Below are positions 19,371 through 39,400 of a stretch of 64,000 bases of DNA, one piece after another. Origin of the DNA: the human T2T-CHM13v2.0 reference genome, Homo sapiens; assembly GCF_009914755.1 (NCBI RefSeq), contig NC_060939.1; one strand, written 5' to 3'. The position numbers and the translations under genes were made by a program. Within the stretch, counting starts at the first letter, position 1. Every line of letters begins with the position of its first letter. The notes under the pieces were generated by a model, which was not told where the DNA came from, did no database searches, and saw only the letters and a list, made by a program, of their open reading frames with translations.

Positions 19371-19837
19371 GGTTTACAAAGTAATGTTATGGAGAATGGT
19401 GGAGTAGGGAGTGCTAAGTATCCCTCCCTTCACTGAAGCTCGATTAAGCTGCCCAAAACTGTCAGAATAAACTCTTTCAAAACTCTAGAATCTAAAAAGA
19501 AACTTATAACAATCAGGGAAGTACTTAATGAAGAGAGAAGCTGCTAAATTTTGATGACAGCATTTTGGATTTTTTTGCTTATTTGCTTATAATTCTCCAT
19601 TATTCAGCTAAGCAGTGGTCACAGGACTGACACCAGCTAACGTTCTTGGTGTCGCTTGATGCCATCCCAGGGGGCCGTATGGACCTTGTTCTCAAAGAAT
19701 TGTGGCTGGAGTTTTGATCTGTCTGGTGCCAACCGAGGGATGAATTCTATGTCTTGTCTTTGTTTCAGCCCTTTGGAACACTGTCAGGACTGGAATGGCC
19801 TCCTGGATTGTGGCTGTCAAAAGCATTTAATAGCATA

Positions 19838-20310
<473 letters not shown>

Positions 20311-20463
20311 GAATATTTTTAAAAACACACTAAGGATTGTATTTTTCAGTACTTTTCAAACTGTTCGGGGGCATGAGCTCCATACACTGCCGATTACCCA
20401 TTGTGTGTCAGGTTTCCAATCGCCAGGATGTTAATGTTCTCTTCTTAGTTCAGATTTCTTTCA

Positions 20464-20775
<312 letters not shown>

Positions 20776-20919
20776 TTATAGGAAAAATATATAATATATT
20801 GGTATAGGTATAAGACTGTAAAACTGACAGTCCTTCCTCAGGTGGTGAATTAAGAAGCTGAGTATGTCTTTAAGGAAGCAGCTCTCTCCTGGTCAGACTC
20901 TTTTCATTATGTTCACTGT

Positions 20920-21830
20920 CTTTTTAAATTGTTCGTACAGCAAAATACACAATTTGATGGATTTGGTCAAATGTGTTTGACAACCATGTAACCCATCAAG
21001 TTATAGAACATTTCCATCAACACAGACCAGGATTTCTCAGCCTCTGCCTTTGTTGTGGGGGGGCTGTCCTGTGTATTGAGGGCTAGTTAACAGCATCCTC
21101 GACCTCTGCCCACTAGATGCCAGTAGCATGACAATCAAAATATCTTCAGACATTGCTACATGTTCCCCCAGGGACAAAGTCACCCCTGGTTGAGAATAAC
21201 CGCCATAGAATGTTTCTTTCTGGCCCATTGCAATCAATCCCCCTTTCTCCCAGAGGTAACTACTCTTCTGACTTACATCTCTGTAGATTAGTTTTGCCTG
21301 TTCTTGAACTTTTTATAAATACAGGTACACAGTATGGTCTCTTTTGTGTCTGTCATCCTTAGCTCAACGTAATGTCCATGAGAGTCTTATTTGTTGTATC
21401 AGTTCCAAGATATCAATAGACTGTGGTTGGTTAGCCATTCTCCCTTTCATGGACGTTTGGGCTGTTTCCAGTGTTTGGCTATTATGAACAAAGTAGCTGT
21501 GAACATTCTTGTACAACTCTTTGTGTAAACACATATTTTCATTTCTTCTGGGTAAATATGCAAGGTATATGGCAGGTAAATATTTAACTCTACAAGAAAC
21601 TGCCAAATTGTTTTCCAAAATGGCTATATCATTTTACGCTCCAACCAGCAGTGCTGAGAGTTCCAGGTGCTCCACAATCTCCCCAACGTTTGGTGTCATC
21701 TGTCTTTCATTAGGCATTCTGGTGGGTGTGTGTTATCTCATTGTGCTTCTAATGTGCATTTCCCTAATGACTAGTGATATTGAACACCTTTTAATGTGTT
21801 TATTTCAAATATATATATCAGACAAATGAC
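20920..21830 (-). mobile_element. Old L1M 3' fragment interrupted by MER20 (about 21026-21205)
   Basis: ttgggctgtttccagtgtttggctattatgaac and gaaactgccaaattgttttccaaaatggc; MER20 core gggctgtcctgtg...cagcatcc...cccactagatgccagtagca. Confidence 0.75.
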
Positions 21831-21999
21831 TCGCATCTAGAATATATACAAAACTCTGAAATCAATATTAAAAAAGACAAATAATCCAATGAAAATGGGC
21901 AAAACTCTTCACGAAAGAAGCATGAATGTCACATTTTTGTTGTATCTTTTCCACACTCCCACTCATCACTTCTGCACTGGATGCTGCTCTTTGTTGAAC

Positions 22000-22250
22000 A
22001 ACAGTGCTTACTTAGTGTGTGTCAAACCCATTTCTAAGCACTTGACAATGTTAACTCACTTACCCCTCAATATTAGCCCATTTAATTCTCAAAACAGCCC
22101 TATAAGGTATTATTATTCCCACTTTAGAGAAGAGGAAACTGAGACAGTGAGTCTAAGTGATTTGCTAAAACTCACAGCTGGTTGGATGAAGGATCCAGGA
22201 TTCCGGCCCAGGCAGCCTGGCTCCAAGCTCTTAACCACGATATGCACAGT
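22000..22250 (-). mobile_element. MIR SINE
   Basis: MIR core tattattcccactttagagaagaggaaactgagac. Confidence 0.7.
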
Positions 22251-22767
22251 GTGCGCTTCTCCTTACAAGGCAGATGCTATGAGGTATCTCAATCCCTCTG
22301 CTGCACTTTCTCAAAGTGAGTTTTCAAAATTTTATCAGTAACAGGATGTTGGGTTTCAGATACCCGTAATACAGAATCGATATGTTTATGTTGCCATTTC
22401 TACTGCTGATTGCTGTTACTCAATTTTCCATCGTTTTGTAGGTGCCTTAGGAGCTGTGACTTTGATGTCTCCTGTAGGTAAAAAGATGTTTTTCAAATCC
22501 CTTCCAACTGTGGTCCTTCTTGTGGTACTAGGAAAGGCTTTATAGTTTTCTTTAAGGAAAAAAAGAAAAGGATTAAAAAAAGAAAAGATAAATTTTGGTT
22601 TGAGAGCTGCCTGAAAAGATTTGCCTGCTCTAACTCAAAAGCTTTTCCTCCATCGCATTTCTGAATATCACTAGGGACCCCTTACCTTTCTCCTCTCGTC
22701 TCTCCCTCCATCAGTAGTGACTGGGGTTAAAAGTTACCTGCTTGCAGCAAGATTCTGGTTCACCTGG

Positions 22768-27192
<4,425 letters not shown>

Positions 27193-28339
27193 CCTGGGTT
27201 TACAGCCTTTCTGTTCCATACCCACTGGATGGGTTATTTATGTGCCATTTTATTTGGAACTACTGTTACTTTCCTAATAATATAACAAGATTTTGTGTGT
27301 AAGACTCTTCTCACTATTATCTTACTCGTTTGAATTTGTTTCATTTTAATAAGGTAATATTTAAATTGCACTTAGGAACTAGTAATATATATGTTTAAAC
27401 ATACTTTAATGTTGTGTATAATCACAAACTAATATTCATTTAAGTGCAGGGGACTGTATTCATCCAGTTAATCCAATAAACATTTATTGAATACTTGCTA
27501 TGTGCCAGGGACCATGGGGAGATACAAGTGAGGTATAGTTTTGTTCCTATCACGCAGATGCTTGAAACATCTAGTCAGATACATGTTAATTACCATTGAG
27601 TTTCAAAAGTTCTCTACCTCCAAGGGAGGCAACAGTAGCCTTCACGACCTCACAGTGGTCTTGGCGTGAGCAGCCCTCCATGGCACAGATCTTGAGCTGG
27701 TCTACTCCGTGCCAGCAGAGGAACTAGACTTTGAGAAACGAGTTGGATTTAGAACAGTGACAAATGAGCAGGTGTGAGGTGGCACTCCAGGTACATAGAA
27801 GAGCATAGTTAAAGGCATGTGGTGAGTTGTCCAGTTCATTTCCCTACAGGCCAAGAGCTAGTGAGATGCAAATCTGGGGCTGAGGGTGTGGAGGCCTCTT
27901 TTGCCATGAATGTTGGGCAAAAGAATGTTCTGTGGCAAATACAGACTGTTCCCACCATCTCTAAATGGTAGGATGTGAGAAGTAGAGCTAGAACTGGCAC
28001 ATCTCCTCCATAACCGTTTTTCAAAGCCACATGGAAATATTACAAAGGCTTGACAATTCACAGGGCAACTAAAATACCAACTACAATACTTACGACAGAT
28101 GTCCTCTCTAAGTAGCACATTTTCAAGTGATAAACAATAGAGATGTCTCTCGGTCTCCCTCTTCTGTCACAGTCTTTGGACAGTTTTTTTGACTTTTCTT
28201 TGAATATTGTGGAGGAAGTGTTGGTATCTGAGACTTTTCAAAAAACAAATATTGTCATGCAGGTGGATATAGTCCAGGAGTTGATTTTATGTTCAGGAGG
28301 GCTTCCAAAAGTGCCTGGATTTTCCAAAAGCCTATTTTA

Positions 28340-28816
<477 letters not shown>

Positions 28817-29437
28817 CTATGATTTTTGGCTCACAGAACATTGAGATCAGAAAGGAGCAAGACCCTCAGGATATTCCAACTATCAGGATGCAAAGAGAAT
28901 GGCTATGGTAGCATGACTGCACTCTTCAACCTCCTCTCTATACTAGCTAGGGAAGTTGCTGGCTTTTAAAATGAAGCTCTTCATTGCATAATCTGCACTG
29001 CTCCTTCCAAGGACCATTAGAGGGAAGACACAATAGGTGGCACTTTCTTTCTTTCTACCAAGCAGAGGGTTTCTTGTGTAAAATGCTCTGTTCTCTCCAT
29101 TCTTCAGTAGAACTACGAAGCACACACGTTTCATTGACTCACAGGAGAAGCAGCCACCATCACGAGTAAAGCCCTGTGTGACACAGTGGGCTAAAACCAG
29201 ATATGACATGGCCTCTTCTCATGGAGGCCACATCTGGGAGTTGGAGGAGAGACATACACTTATACCCACAGGTAGCATTTACAAAAGCGACATGAACTAG
29301 ATGCTGTGAGAACAGAAGGCCTGAGATGGTAAAATTTGGCCAAGGGAGCTGAGAAATGCTTCTATGTTGAAATGACACTTGGGATTTGTAGGAGGCCTTG
29401 GTTTTGCCAGGTGGATGAGTAGGAACCTTCCAGGTAG

Positions 29438-29771
<334 letters not shown>

Positions 29772-30273
29772 TGGGTTTGGACTACATGAGTGAGAAGGCA
29801 GGAAAGCTGAAAGATCAGGTGGGTAAGATTGTCGGGGCCATATTGTCACAGACCTTCACCTCTATGAAGAAGCATTTAGACTTGATCTTGTAGGTCTTGG
29901 GGTGACATAGACTATGCTACGCAGGGAAGTATAATGAGAGCAGTGTTTTGGAGAGACACCGGCAACAGGGAGGAGGAGGCCTGGACTCACTCATGCAGGG
30001 CTGGCAATAAGAAATCACTTTGGGAAGGTATTTAAGTAGTCATTCAATGGCCATGTTTGTGGTGTGAAAGATAACGGGCTCTGACTCCTGACTCCTTGGG
30101 TGTGAATCCCGGCTCTACCTCTTACTATCTGCATATTCCTGTGCAAGTTACTCAGTCTTTCTGTGCCTTGGTTTCTTTGTATATAAAATGAAGATAATAG
30201 CAGTTACTAGAGCCGTGCTTCTCGAACTGGAATAGAATATGCACAAACATCAGCTTGTTAAAACGCAGACTCT

Positions 30274-30568
<295 letters not shown>

Positions 30569-31775
30569 GGAGACTCTGATTTAGTGAACCCAGGGTGGAA
30601 CCTGAAATTCTGCAAGCTCCTGGATGGTGGTGATGCTGCTGTCCCATGGGCCATGCTTTCGGTAGCAAGATTTCTAATGACTGTTTCGAAGATTATATGA
30701 GTAAATACATGTAAGAAACACCAAGAGCAGCATGTGGCATAGTAAGAGATAGCTAATGTTAGGGTCCAGGAGAAAGTCTAAAAATATATCTCAATTACTG
30801 CTTTACAAGAGTTTTATGCACTAGAAAGTTCTCTAAAGACAATTACTTGGTATTTTGTCTCCCTTTCTGGCCAGCTACCTGCAGAGGGTTAGTGTGGCTC
30901 AGTTCTGGAGAGGGAATCCAAGCGACCTGTAATAATAGGCAATGCAATTCAGCCGCAGGCAAGGTGGCCACACAGTTTATGAAGGTACTTACCCCTGTGT
31001 CTCTTCCAGGTCTCCCATAAAGTTTGGTTAGATGACAGGATCATCAGAACTGTCCTAAGTGGGACATGAGGTTTCCATGTGCAGCGAGCTCCAGGAAGAT
31101 ATGGGCCGACTGTTGAGTACCCTGTAAACTCTAGGGATTTTAGCTGCAGCTTCAGTTGGGGCTGAGATGGGCTACCTGCTGACTTTCTCATAGAGCAGAG
31201 AAGACCAAGGGTGAAAAAGCGTATGCTTGAATTTTGCAGAGATATTAGGAAAATTGGGTATATGAGATTGAATGACAAAGAAAAAAACAGGCAAATAAAC
31301 TTTGTTAAGTACTTAGATTTTATTTTCTCTTTAAAGGCAGGCTTTGGCCAGAAAAAAAGGAAAAAAAAAAAAAAGAAAAAGCCCCAAACTTCTCTCTTTT
31401 TCTCTTTTGGCTTTCCCCAATCTCCCACCCTACTTTCAGCAGCTTTGTTTTTGTTTGTTTTTGCTGTGAAAAATAAGCCCTGCTTGGGGAGTGAAGAGTG
31501 GGTCTCCAGTGAAGAACTTCAACAGGACTTCTAAAGTATTACCTTAAAGGCCATTGTACATGAGAAGTAAATATGTTTTATTAAGCAGAAATTTTGCAAC
31601 ATGCATATACTTGACTCTTTGTGAAAAGCTGGAAAAACTGAAAAGAAAAGGAAAAATCCTAATAAGTAAAACTTCAAATGGCTCCAGAGAGTCATTCCAC
31701 AGACATTTCTCTATGGCATTTCTGATACATGTAAGGAAAAGATAAATAGTAATTACTTGGGCTTGAAAGCTTGGC

Positions 31776-32078
31776 TTTTTCTTTTTTTGAGATGGAGTCT
31801 CACTCTGTCGCCCAGGCTGGAGTGCAGTGGCGCGATCTCGACTCACTGCAACCTCCGCCCTCCGAGTTCAAGGGATTCTCTGCCTCAGCCTCCTGAGTTG
31901 CTGGGATTACAGGCGCCTGCCACCGCGCCCGGCTAATTTTTTTTTTTTTTTTTTGTATTTTTAGTAGAGACGGGGTTTCACCGTCTTGGCCAGGCTGGTC
32001 TTGAACTCCTGATCTGTGATCCACTTGCCTCAGCCTCCCAAAGTGCTGGGATTACAGGCGTGAGCCACCGCGCCCGGC
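31776..32078 (-). mobile_element. AluS SINE
   Basis: Full dimer with extended T linker; cttggctt on both flanks. Confidence 0.92.
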
Positions 32079-32439
32079 CACACCTTGGCTTATTTTTTAA
32101 TGTCCGACTGGAAAACCGTGGTTGCTTAACTGTGCTACTTGGCACAAGTACCCAAGCCTTAGTTTTAATACCTGCATAATTCAGGATAGTAAATGAAAGA
32201 TTTGCTGTGAATGTTCCTCAAGTCTCTCTTGTGCCTGGCACAGTGTAGGCACTCCAAAAATGTTTGCTGAATGAATGAATGAATGACTAAATAAATAAAT
32301 GAAAGCTCACGGGCTACATTTTGCTTAGATAAAACCCCAGTTAATCTTTTTTTTTTTTTTTTGAGACGGAGTCTCAATTTCCATCCTTTCCTTCTTGAAA
32401 CTCTCGCCTCCCTGTTCTTCCACAATACTTCTGAGACTC

Positions 32440-32870
32440 TCAATCAGGTCTGTCTATGCAATGGAAGGACTGGTTGATGCAACTGAGTTCTGATTGGTCA
32501 GTATAACTGAGCCTTGATGGGTTGATAAAACTGAGCCGTGATTGGCCAGGGCAGGTATCTCTAATTGGTTGGTTCAGGTGAGCTCTGATTGGTTGGTTTC
32601 TAAGACAAAAATAGGAAGTCTCTGTGAGATGTTTCTTTAAAATGGCCAGTGGGGGTAGGGGTAGCTGGATTTCTTGCTGCAGTTTATCTTGGCACTGACA
32701 GCAGCAACTGGTTTGGCTGCATCGTACAAAAGGAGATCCTGTGATGCTTTTACAATATCTTTCCGATAACACACAGTATGTGGCCACTCCCTCATCCAGC
32801 TGTGGTCACCTGGTTCTGTTTTAACTTTGCACACCTCAGTTAGCCACAGAAAGTCCATTTTGTCTGTAGG
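32440..32870 (-). mobile_element. ERV LTR-like fragment with repeated CCAAT boxes
   Basis: Repeated attgg motifs (tgattggtc, tgattggcc, aattggtt, tgattggtt) and an LTR-like end agttagccacagaaagtccattttgtctg; family not assigned. Confidence 0.55.
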
Positions 32871-35668
32871 CGGGCGGACGGGGGCGCACTTCAGCACCAC
32901 GCACCCGATTGTACTCTATGCAACCGACCACAAAGCCGGAGGGGTGTTTGAGTCCTAATTTGCCCTTTTGTGGAGCCTTTCCATAATGGAATTTGCTACT
33001 GTTAGCTCTTCTCCTATAAGATAAACAGCATACTTGAATGGGGGAGGGGTGCTAGAGCAAGGAGTTTAAAGAAGTCTTGGAAAATATCAACCCTTTGTTC
33101 CTTCGCTACCTTGTGCTTATAGCGTGGAAAATCTTACTTTCCAGCTTGCAAAACAGACAGCTTGTAAGGCTCAGGTGCTTTTTATGAGAAATCTTTGCTA
33201 CATCAATTTTCCTCATGCACTCTTCAGTTTATTGGCAGAACTTGACTCTTGGTGTGACCCTTTCGTTTGGCTTTGGCCTGCCCTTGCCTTCCACACCTCT
33301 CTCAAAACCACCGTATTAAAGATTCTGCTGCAATTTCCAGCCTTTCCTTCTTGAAACTCTCGCCTCCATTTTCTTCCACAATACCTCTGAGACTCTCAGT
33401 CAGGTCTGTGTATACAATGGAAGGACCGAAATTTTCTTAGTTTTGATTGGTTGATGCAACTGAGTTCTGATTGGTCAATATCTGTTTCTCTGCTTCTTCT
33501 TCCTGTTTCTTTATTTGTCCTCTGAGAGATGGACTTCTCCAGAAGAATAGCCTCGTGCCCTGGTAATCCTCCTCCTCTAGGCTCATCTCATACATGTCCA
33601 TTGTGCTTACCCGATAAATTGGTCACCTCAAACATATTCCCAATGGTCCCCCTGAGCTTCAGCCCTCCCCTGCATCTCTGGGTTCCTTCACCTGTTGCAT
33701 CCTTTCACCTAGCCATTCAGTTGGCAAATCAAATTCAGTGCCACCAAGTCAACTCATGGTCTTCACCCCTCAAATCTTCCTTTCTGTGTTTCTTAGTTCT
33801 GTGAGTGGTACCCACTATCTACTATTTCCCAAAGCCAATTACCTAATTAAAACACATATCAAGGGTTAGTCATCTCCGGGTAAGCTGTCTGAAAATGTGC
33901 ATGTTTGTAAGGGGCAGAGAGGAAGACACTCTTCCTGTCCTCAAGGAGCTCACAGTCTAGCAGAGATGGCAGACATGGCAGCCCATGCGGACAGAACACC
34001 AGGACCAGCCTGGTGGACTGGTACATGGCCAAGGCCGAGGAGGCAAGGTGGAAGGGCAATCATATACTCTGTCTGGGCAAGGCCTCTTTAAGGAGGGAAT
34101 GGCACCCCACATGAAGTAGGAGTTTCGTAGCTGTTGGTTGAGTTGAAGTTTGCAAACTCAACTTCCAGCGTTGGTCCAGGCTCTGTAGGATTTAGAGGTG
34201 CACCCTCCAAAGCACAGGTGCCAGTGATGGGCGAGAGGTTTCTTGGCCACTTCCTCAAGGTAAAGGATTACTGAAGAGACCAGGGCATTTGGATTTGGCT
34301 CACCAAGAAAGGAAAGAGCTCAGAAAGGAGGAAAAAAAAGAGCCAGTTTCTCTTCTGTATTGCTTCCCTCTTAGTCTGGAGCCCCATATCCTGCTTCAGG
34401 TGAAGAATGAGGGCTTTTGTGTGTGTATGTGTGTGTGCGCTTTTGATTTTTTAAGCTACAGAGCTACTCAGAGATGTAGGAGCTGCTTGGGGCCAAATTT
34501 GTTGACCACTTCTGGCAACCTACTGACACCTTTGAAATGGGCATTTCCATGAGTGCACCTTTCCCAAACTTTTGAGTTTATTAACTCTAGAGGAAAATGA
34601 CTCCTCTTCTCCAGCTTTTCCAAGAGAAGCCTCTGGAGTACATGAAGACCAAGCGTCTCATTTTACAGATGAGGACACTGAGGCCCATTGACCTGGTGTC
34701 CCTTGCTCGGAGCAGCATGCAAGCAGTGATCAGACAATGCTGGGGCTCAGAAGGCATCCCCCTCAGTCTCCCATCTGGATCAGCTTTTCAAGGCTGGGCA
34801 AGTGACTCTGCCTTGTCTGTGTGCTTGGCACTGCACCACTGGCTGGGACTGGGGTCCCCAATAGGATAGGACCCTCCTGTCCAGTCCAGCCAGATGGCGA
34901 GCTGGGAAGTTACTTAAAGAAACTAAAACCCAAGACAAAGTGTGGTAAGGTCTGAGAGAAAATCAGCGTGTGTGATTTGTGCCTGGAAGGGGGAACCACT
35001 TCTTGTAGGGGAAACTTCTGCACTTCTCTCTCTATAGGCCCCATATAGTAAACCCTTACCATTAACTCGATGCGGGCTGAGCAAGAGACATGTATGATCC
35101 TTCTACCACTCCTGTAAAACATGGGCTGCTTTTGCTTTACAGAAGAGGAAACTGAGGCACAGAGTGGAGCCATGAATTTGGTGAGTTGCAGAGCTGAGGC
35201 TCAGACCTCCACCCCATTCCTCCTGGCTCAGGAGCTGTGTTCCTGGGCCCCCTGGACAGTGGTAGCGCTGAAAGGACCTGGCGTCTCACACTTCTTATCT
35301 TCATTCCAATTCCCTTTTTCTCAAGAAAATTCCCACTCATCCTCCCAGTTCACCCTTTCCTTTCTGTCTTTAAGTGGCTTCAAGCGACAAAGTGGCTGGC
35401 TCCTCTGTTTCTCTTTCCCTTTTATGCCTATTGCAAGAAGCTGTAATAATCAAAGACCGCCAAGACTTTCTTTGAACTGGGTCTTTGTGGCCTTTTTGCA
35501 GTCTTCAGACCTCATGGTTTCTCAGTGGCAGTTCATCCCAGCAGCTTCTCCTTTCTCTGCCTGTGACTTCTGCCGCACTTGCGGGTGCTACCATACACTG
35601 CCGGTGGTGTTGGTCCCATGGTGACACAGCGCTTGGCAATTTACACAATGCTTTCAGCTCTACCCTAC

Positions 35669-36464
35669 TGAAACGGGAAAAGTTCCCTTATCCCCCTCGC
35701 AGGGCGTGCAACAGGGGTGTGACTCACTTCTTCGGTGCCCCGCTGCTCACACCCCTCAGGGGGAGCCTGCAGGACAAGTTGTGGCAGCATTTTGGGCTCT
35801 GACCCTGTGGCAGCATCTAGGGTTGAGTGTTTACAGCTCCGGAAGCCCCAGTGAGTGTGTGATACAGGGTGCTCTTTCAGTTTTGCCGTCTGCAGGTGGC
35901 CTGTGTTAATCAACTCAATTAGACCCTCTGCCTTATTGCAAGGACAGAGGGCTTTCTCTATCCCAGGTTCTTGCCTCAGTGTATCAGAAAAATTGGATCA
36001 CATGTGGGCTTGGAGGATGGGTGCAAGGTTTTATTGAGTGGAGCTAGCTCTCAGTGAGGTGGATGGGGGGCCAGAAGGGGGATGGAGTGGGAAGGTGGTC
36101 TTCTCCTGGAGTCGGGCTGTCCAGCGGCTGGGCTCTCCCCTGACTGCCCCCAGCTGAATTCCATGTCACCCGCCATCCATTGCCTGCCGGCATCTGCCGG
36201 TGCCTGTCGGTGTGCTCTTCCTGTCATTTGCTCCTCTCAACGTCCAGCTGCCTGTGTCTGGGTCCACTAGGGTCTCGGGGTTTTTGTAGGCACGGGATGG
36301 GGGTGTGTGGTGGGCCAGAGTGATCTTGGAAAACGCAACATTTGAGCTCGAAAACAGGAGTGCCTGTCCTCACTTAGGTACGTGGGCACAGGCCTGAGGG
36401 TGGAGCCCTCGCCAGGGACCCCAGCCTTCTTTACCCAGCACTTCCCTGTCCTCCTCCCGTGTCA
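35669..36464 (-). mobile_element. ERV1 solo LTR (LTR1/LTR27/LTR28/MER52 group)
   Basis: TG...CA termini; the minus strand begins tgacacgggaggaggacagggaagtgctgggta; internal AATAAA on minus (tttatt near 36030). Confidence 0.82.
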
Positions 36465-39400
36465 CTGTCACAGGTGAGCTCCCCGTCTCGGAGTGCCTCT
36501 TCTTGGTTACACCATGTAGGTCGCGTCCCTACCAAGGGATCCTGCTTTCCTGTTCTCCGTTGATTGGACACGGGTTGCACATTTGATCCTGGGTTGGGGT
36601 AAGGAATCTATTGGATGGCCACAGCTGTGCCATTCCTCATTGAAGAGTTTGAGAGACTGTGGTTAGACTGCTGTGCTCTGTCGTCTGCTAGGGCAGAGGT
36701 GACCTCCCCAAGATTGCAAATGTGGAGAAAAGAGCCTTGAAAAGTTACAAATCCTCTGAGAAGAAGGAAATGAAGCTCTGGACAAAGGGGACCCGAGAGA
36801 AGACCTGCAGGCCCAGAGAGGCAGAGGAGAGAGAGATGGAGAGTCTGTGACCGCCTTTCCAGTTTCTGTTCTCTGTTCTGTGATAGTCTACTTTCTGCAG
36901 AAAAGAAAGCCTTCTTTTGAGAATTCTAGTCTGGCTGATTTTCTGTTTTCTTTTTATACAATTGCACGAAGGCTCCCCAAGTCGTCAAGTTTCCCTTGCT
37001 TGGCATGTTATCCTCATACACAGAATCCTCTCTGTGTGCTAGTGGGATTGCCCATCCCAGATCCTAAGGCATTCATAGTCCCGGCAGGGACCTCCCTGCA
37101 GAGAGCTCCTTTGCCTACTAGCACCCAGTTTCATTTGAGAAACATCATCAGCTGACAGATCCTTTGCGTGACCATTGCAAGCTGTGAAGAGGAGGCAGTG
37201 CTGTCTCAGATGGGGTCTTCTTCCTGTTTCTCCTTCCTTCTAGAAAGATGAGGCATATGTGTAAGACTGCAGTCAGCAGGGGCCACCAGAGAATCTTCCA
37301 CTTGAATGGCCGGTGATGCTTTCCCAAAGTTTGTGCTGCTGAGCAGGAGGAGGCCTGGTTTGCTGGGCAGAGAGGGTGGCAAGAACAGGAACTAACAGAG
37401 AGGGTGGCAACAACAGAACAGTTGCAGATCCAGGAGCTGGGATCAAGAGGCTCCTGTGGGGGCTGTTTCCAATCATTGGGGAATGAATGTGGGGAGGGAG
37501 ATGGCTTCCCAAATCAGATACACTACATTTCTCATAAGAGCAGCTTGTAAGGCTTTGTCCCATGTTCAGGGGCGGCTGCGAAGGCCTCTTGGGTGACAGC
37601 CTCATTGTGACTGATGGCTGCATGTGGGGAGAGCAGGGGAGACTGGCCTTGGCATCCAGGCTGTGGAAGGGGAAGGGAGGAGAGAGCTGTTTCTGGAATT
37701 GGAGTGAGGAGGAAGGTAGAGGAAGAAAGCCATACGGTTTGGAGGGCCTAGGGCTCCTTGAAAAGGACTTCTAGGCCAGCCCCAGCAGGGACTTGTGGAG
37801 TAGGATTACAGAACATGTATGTGTCCTGGTGAGGAGGGCAGAAGCCTGAAGCTTCTCGGAGGCTTAGAGGGAGCACAGCAAGAGGAATCCTGAAATGAGA
37901 GTGGAAGAACTGGGGACTGTGAGGCCAGAGAAGGCACGCAGGGAGCTGGGTCTTTGAACTTTCTAGTTCTAGTGTCAGGATTCTGAAATACAGTAAGGTT
38001 GGACTCACATCTTTATTACTTGGGCCTAATTAAGAAAAAAGAAAAAGCAACAAAAGAAAATGGCAGAAAACATTTATGACCTTCAAGGATCTGTGATGCC
38101 TGCCCTGACACACACCCTTGAACCCTGGGCAGGAACCATCACTCGTACATCACAATGACTTGGATTTGATATCTTCAAATTTTAATCCAAGCAAAGCCAT
38201 GAAAGCCTTTGCTTTCTTAAAAGAGGCCGACTTTTCCCTAGTTCCATTTGAATTTACTTTTTAAGCCCTCTTTTCAGAGCTAGAAATAAATTTCTTGTAA
38301 ATTTCTGCATAAACACGCCTGTCCCCATTTCAACAGGGTTCTGTAGTTGACAGTGCTTTAGTGAACTAGTTCTCACAAAACATGTGCAACGCAAACTTCA
38401 TTTCGTTCCAGTCCTTTGTGCAAAAAGATAATTGCCAGTTGTATGCTGTTTGTTTTGTATTCTCAGAAAAGAAAAAGGGAACCAAAGGGAAACTTTTCAA
38501 ATATTTTTCACTGTTAAATCTAAATTCCCTATCTCTCTTTTAAAAAAAAATCTATATAAATACATGGGGTACAAGCGTAATTTTGTTACACTCATAGATT
38601 GTGTAGTGGTGAAGTCAGGGCTTCTGGGATATGCCTCACCCAAATAACATACATGGTGCCCATTAAGTAGAAATTCTCTCTTTATTGAAAATATTCTAAT
38701 CAGCCAAAACTTTAAGACTTGTGTATAAACATTTGTGTAGCTCATAACAAATAGCAAAGAAATTTAGGAAAGGAATCATAATTCCTAAAACCTCACCGCC
38801 GTTCCCTCTGGGTGGCAGTTTCTTTAAACTACCCTCTAACTCTATGAGGGAAAGTATTGCCTACCTGGCTTGGGTTGGCCGCTACCAGATGGATAGATTT
38901 TCTGTGCCTGCCTCTTCACAATGAGATTTGTGAACTACTTGGGGGCAGGGACTGTTCTCAGACCCACTTCTCATCTCTGTACCTGGCCCATAATGAGTAC
39001 TCAATAGATGTTGGTGGAATGAAACTGCTTTGTAAATCCTACAAGTTTTAGGTTTGAAGCTCTGATTTCTTGCTTCAGAGCATAGACATTTTAAATTATG
39101 ACGTTCTGGTGTGAAGAACAGCATCTGGCCCTGGCCATCAGGCACGCCACTGACAAACCTCCACGTTGGAAGAAACGCCCATGGAAGGAGGCCAGGCCGA
39201 GCTCCCACAGGGAAGCAATCTCAGAGTCTGGGTGTTGGACTAGAGGGGAACCCAGAGATCATCCAGCACTGCCCCTTCAAATCCTCTAATTTACCTTGAA
39301 AGAAAAGAATTTCTGTGATTTTCAGATATACTTTTTTTCCCCGAAGATACTCTGGAAAAAATAAAACCTTGAATATAACCTGGAGCTTTTTGTACCCTAC

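Noticed and set aside
34887-34902. CTCF-like motif cagccagatggcgag
   Set aside because: Imperfect single match that cannot be supported without ChIP data.
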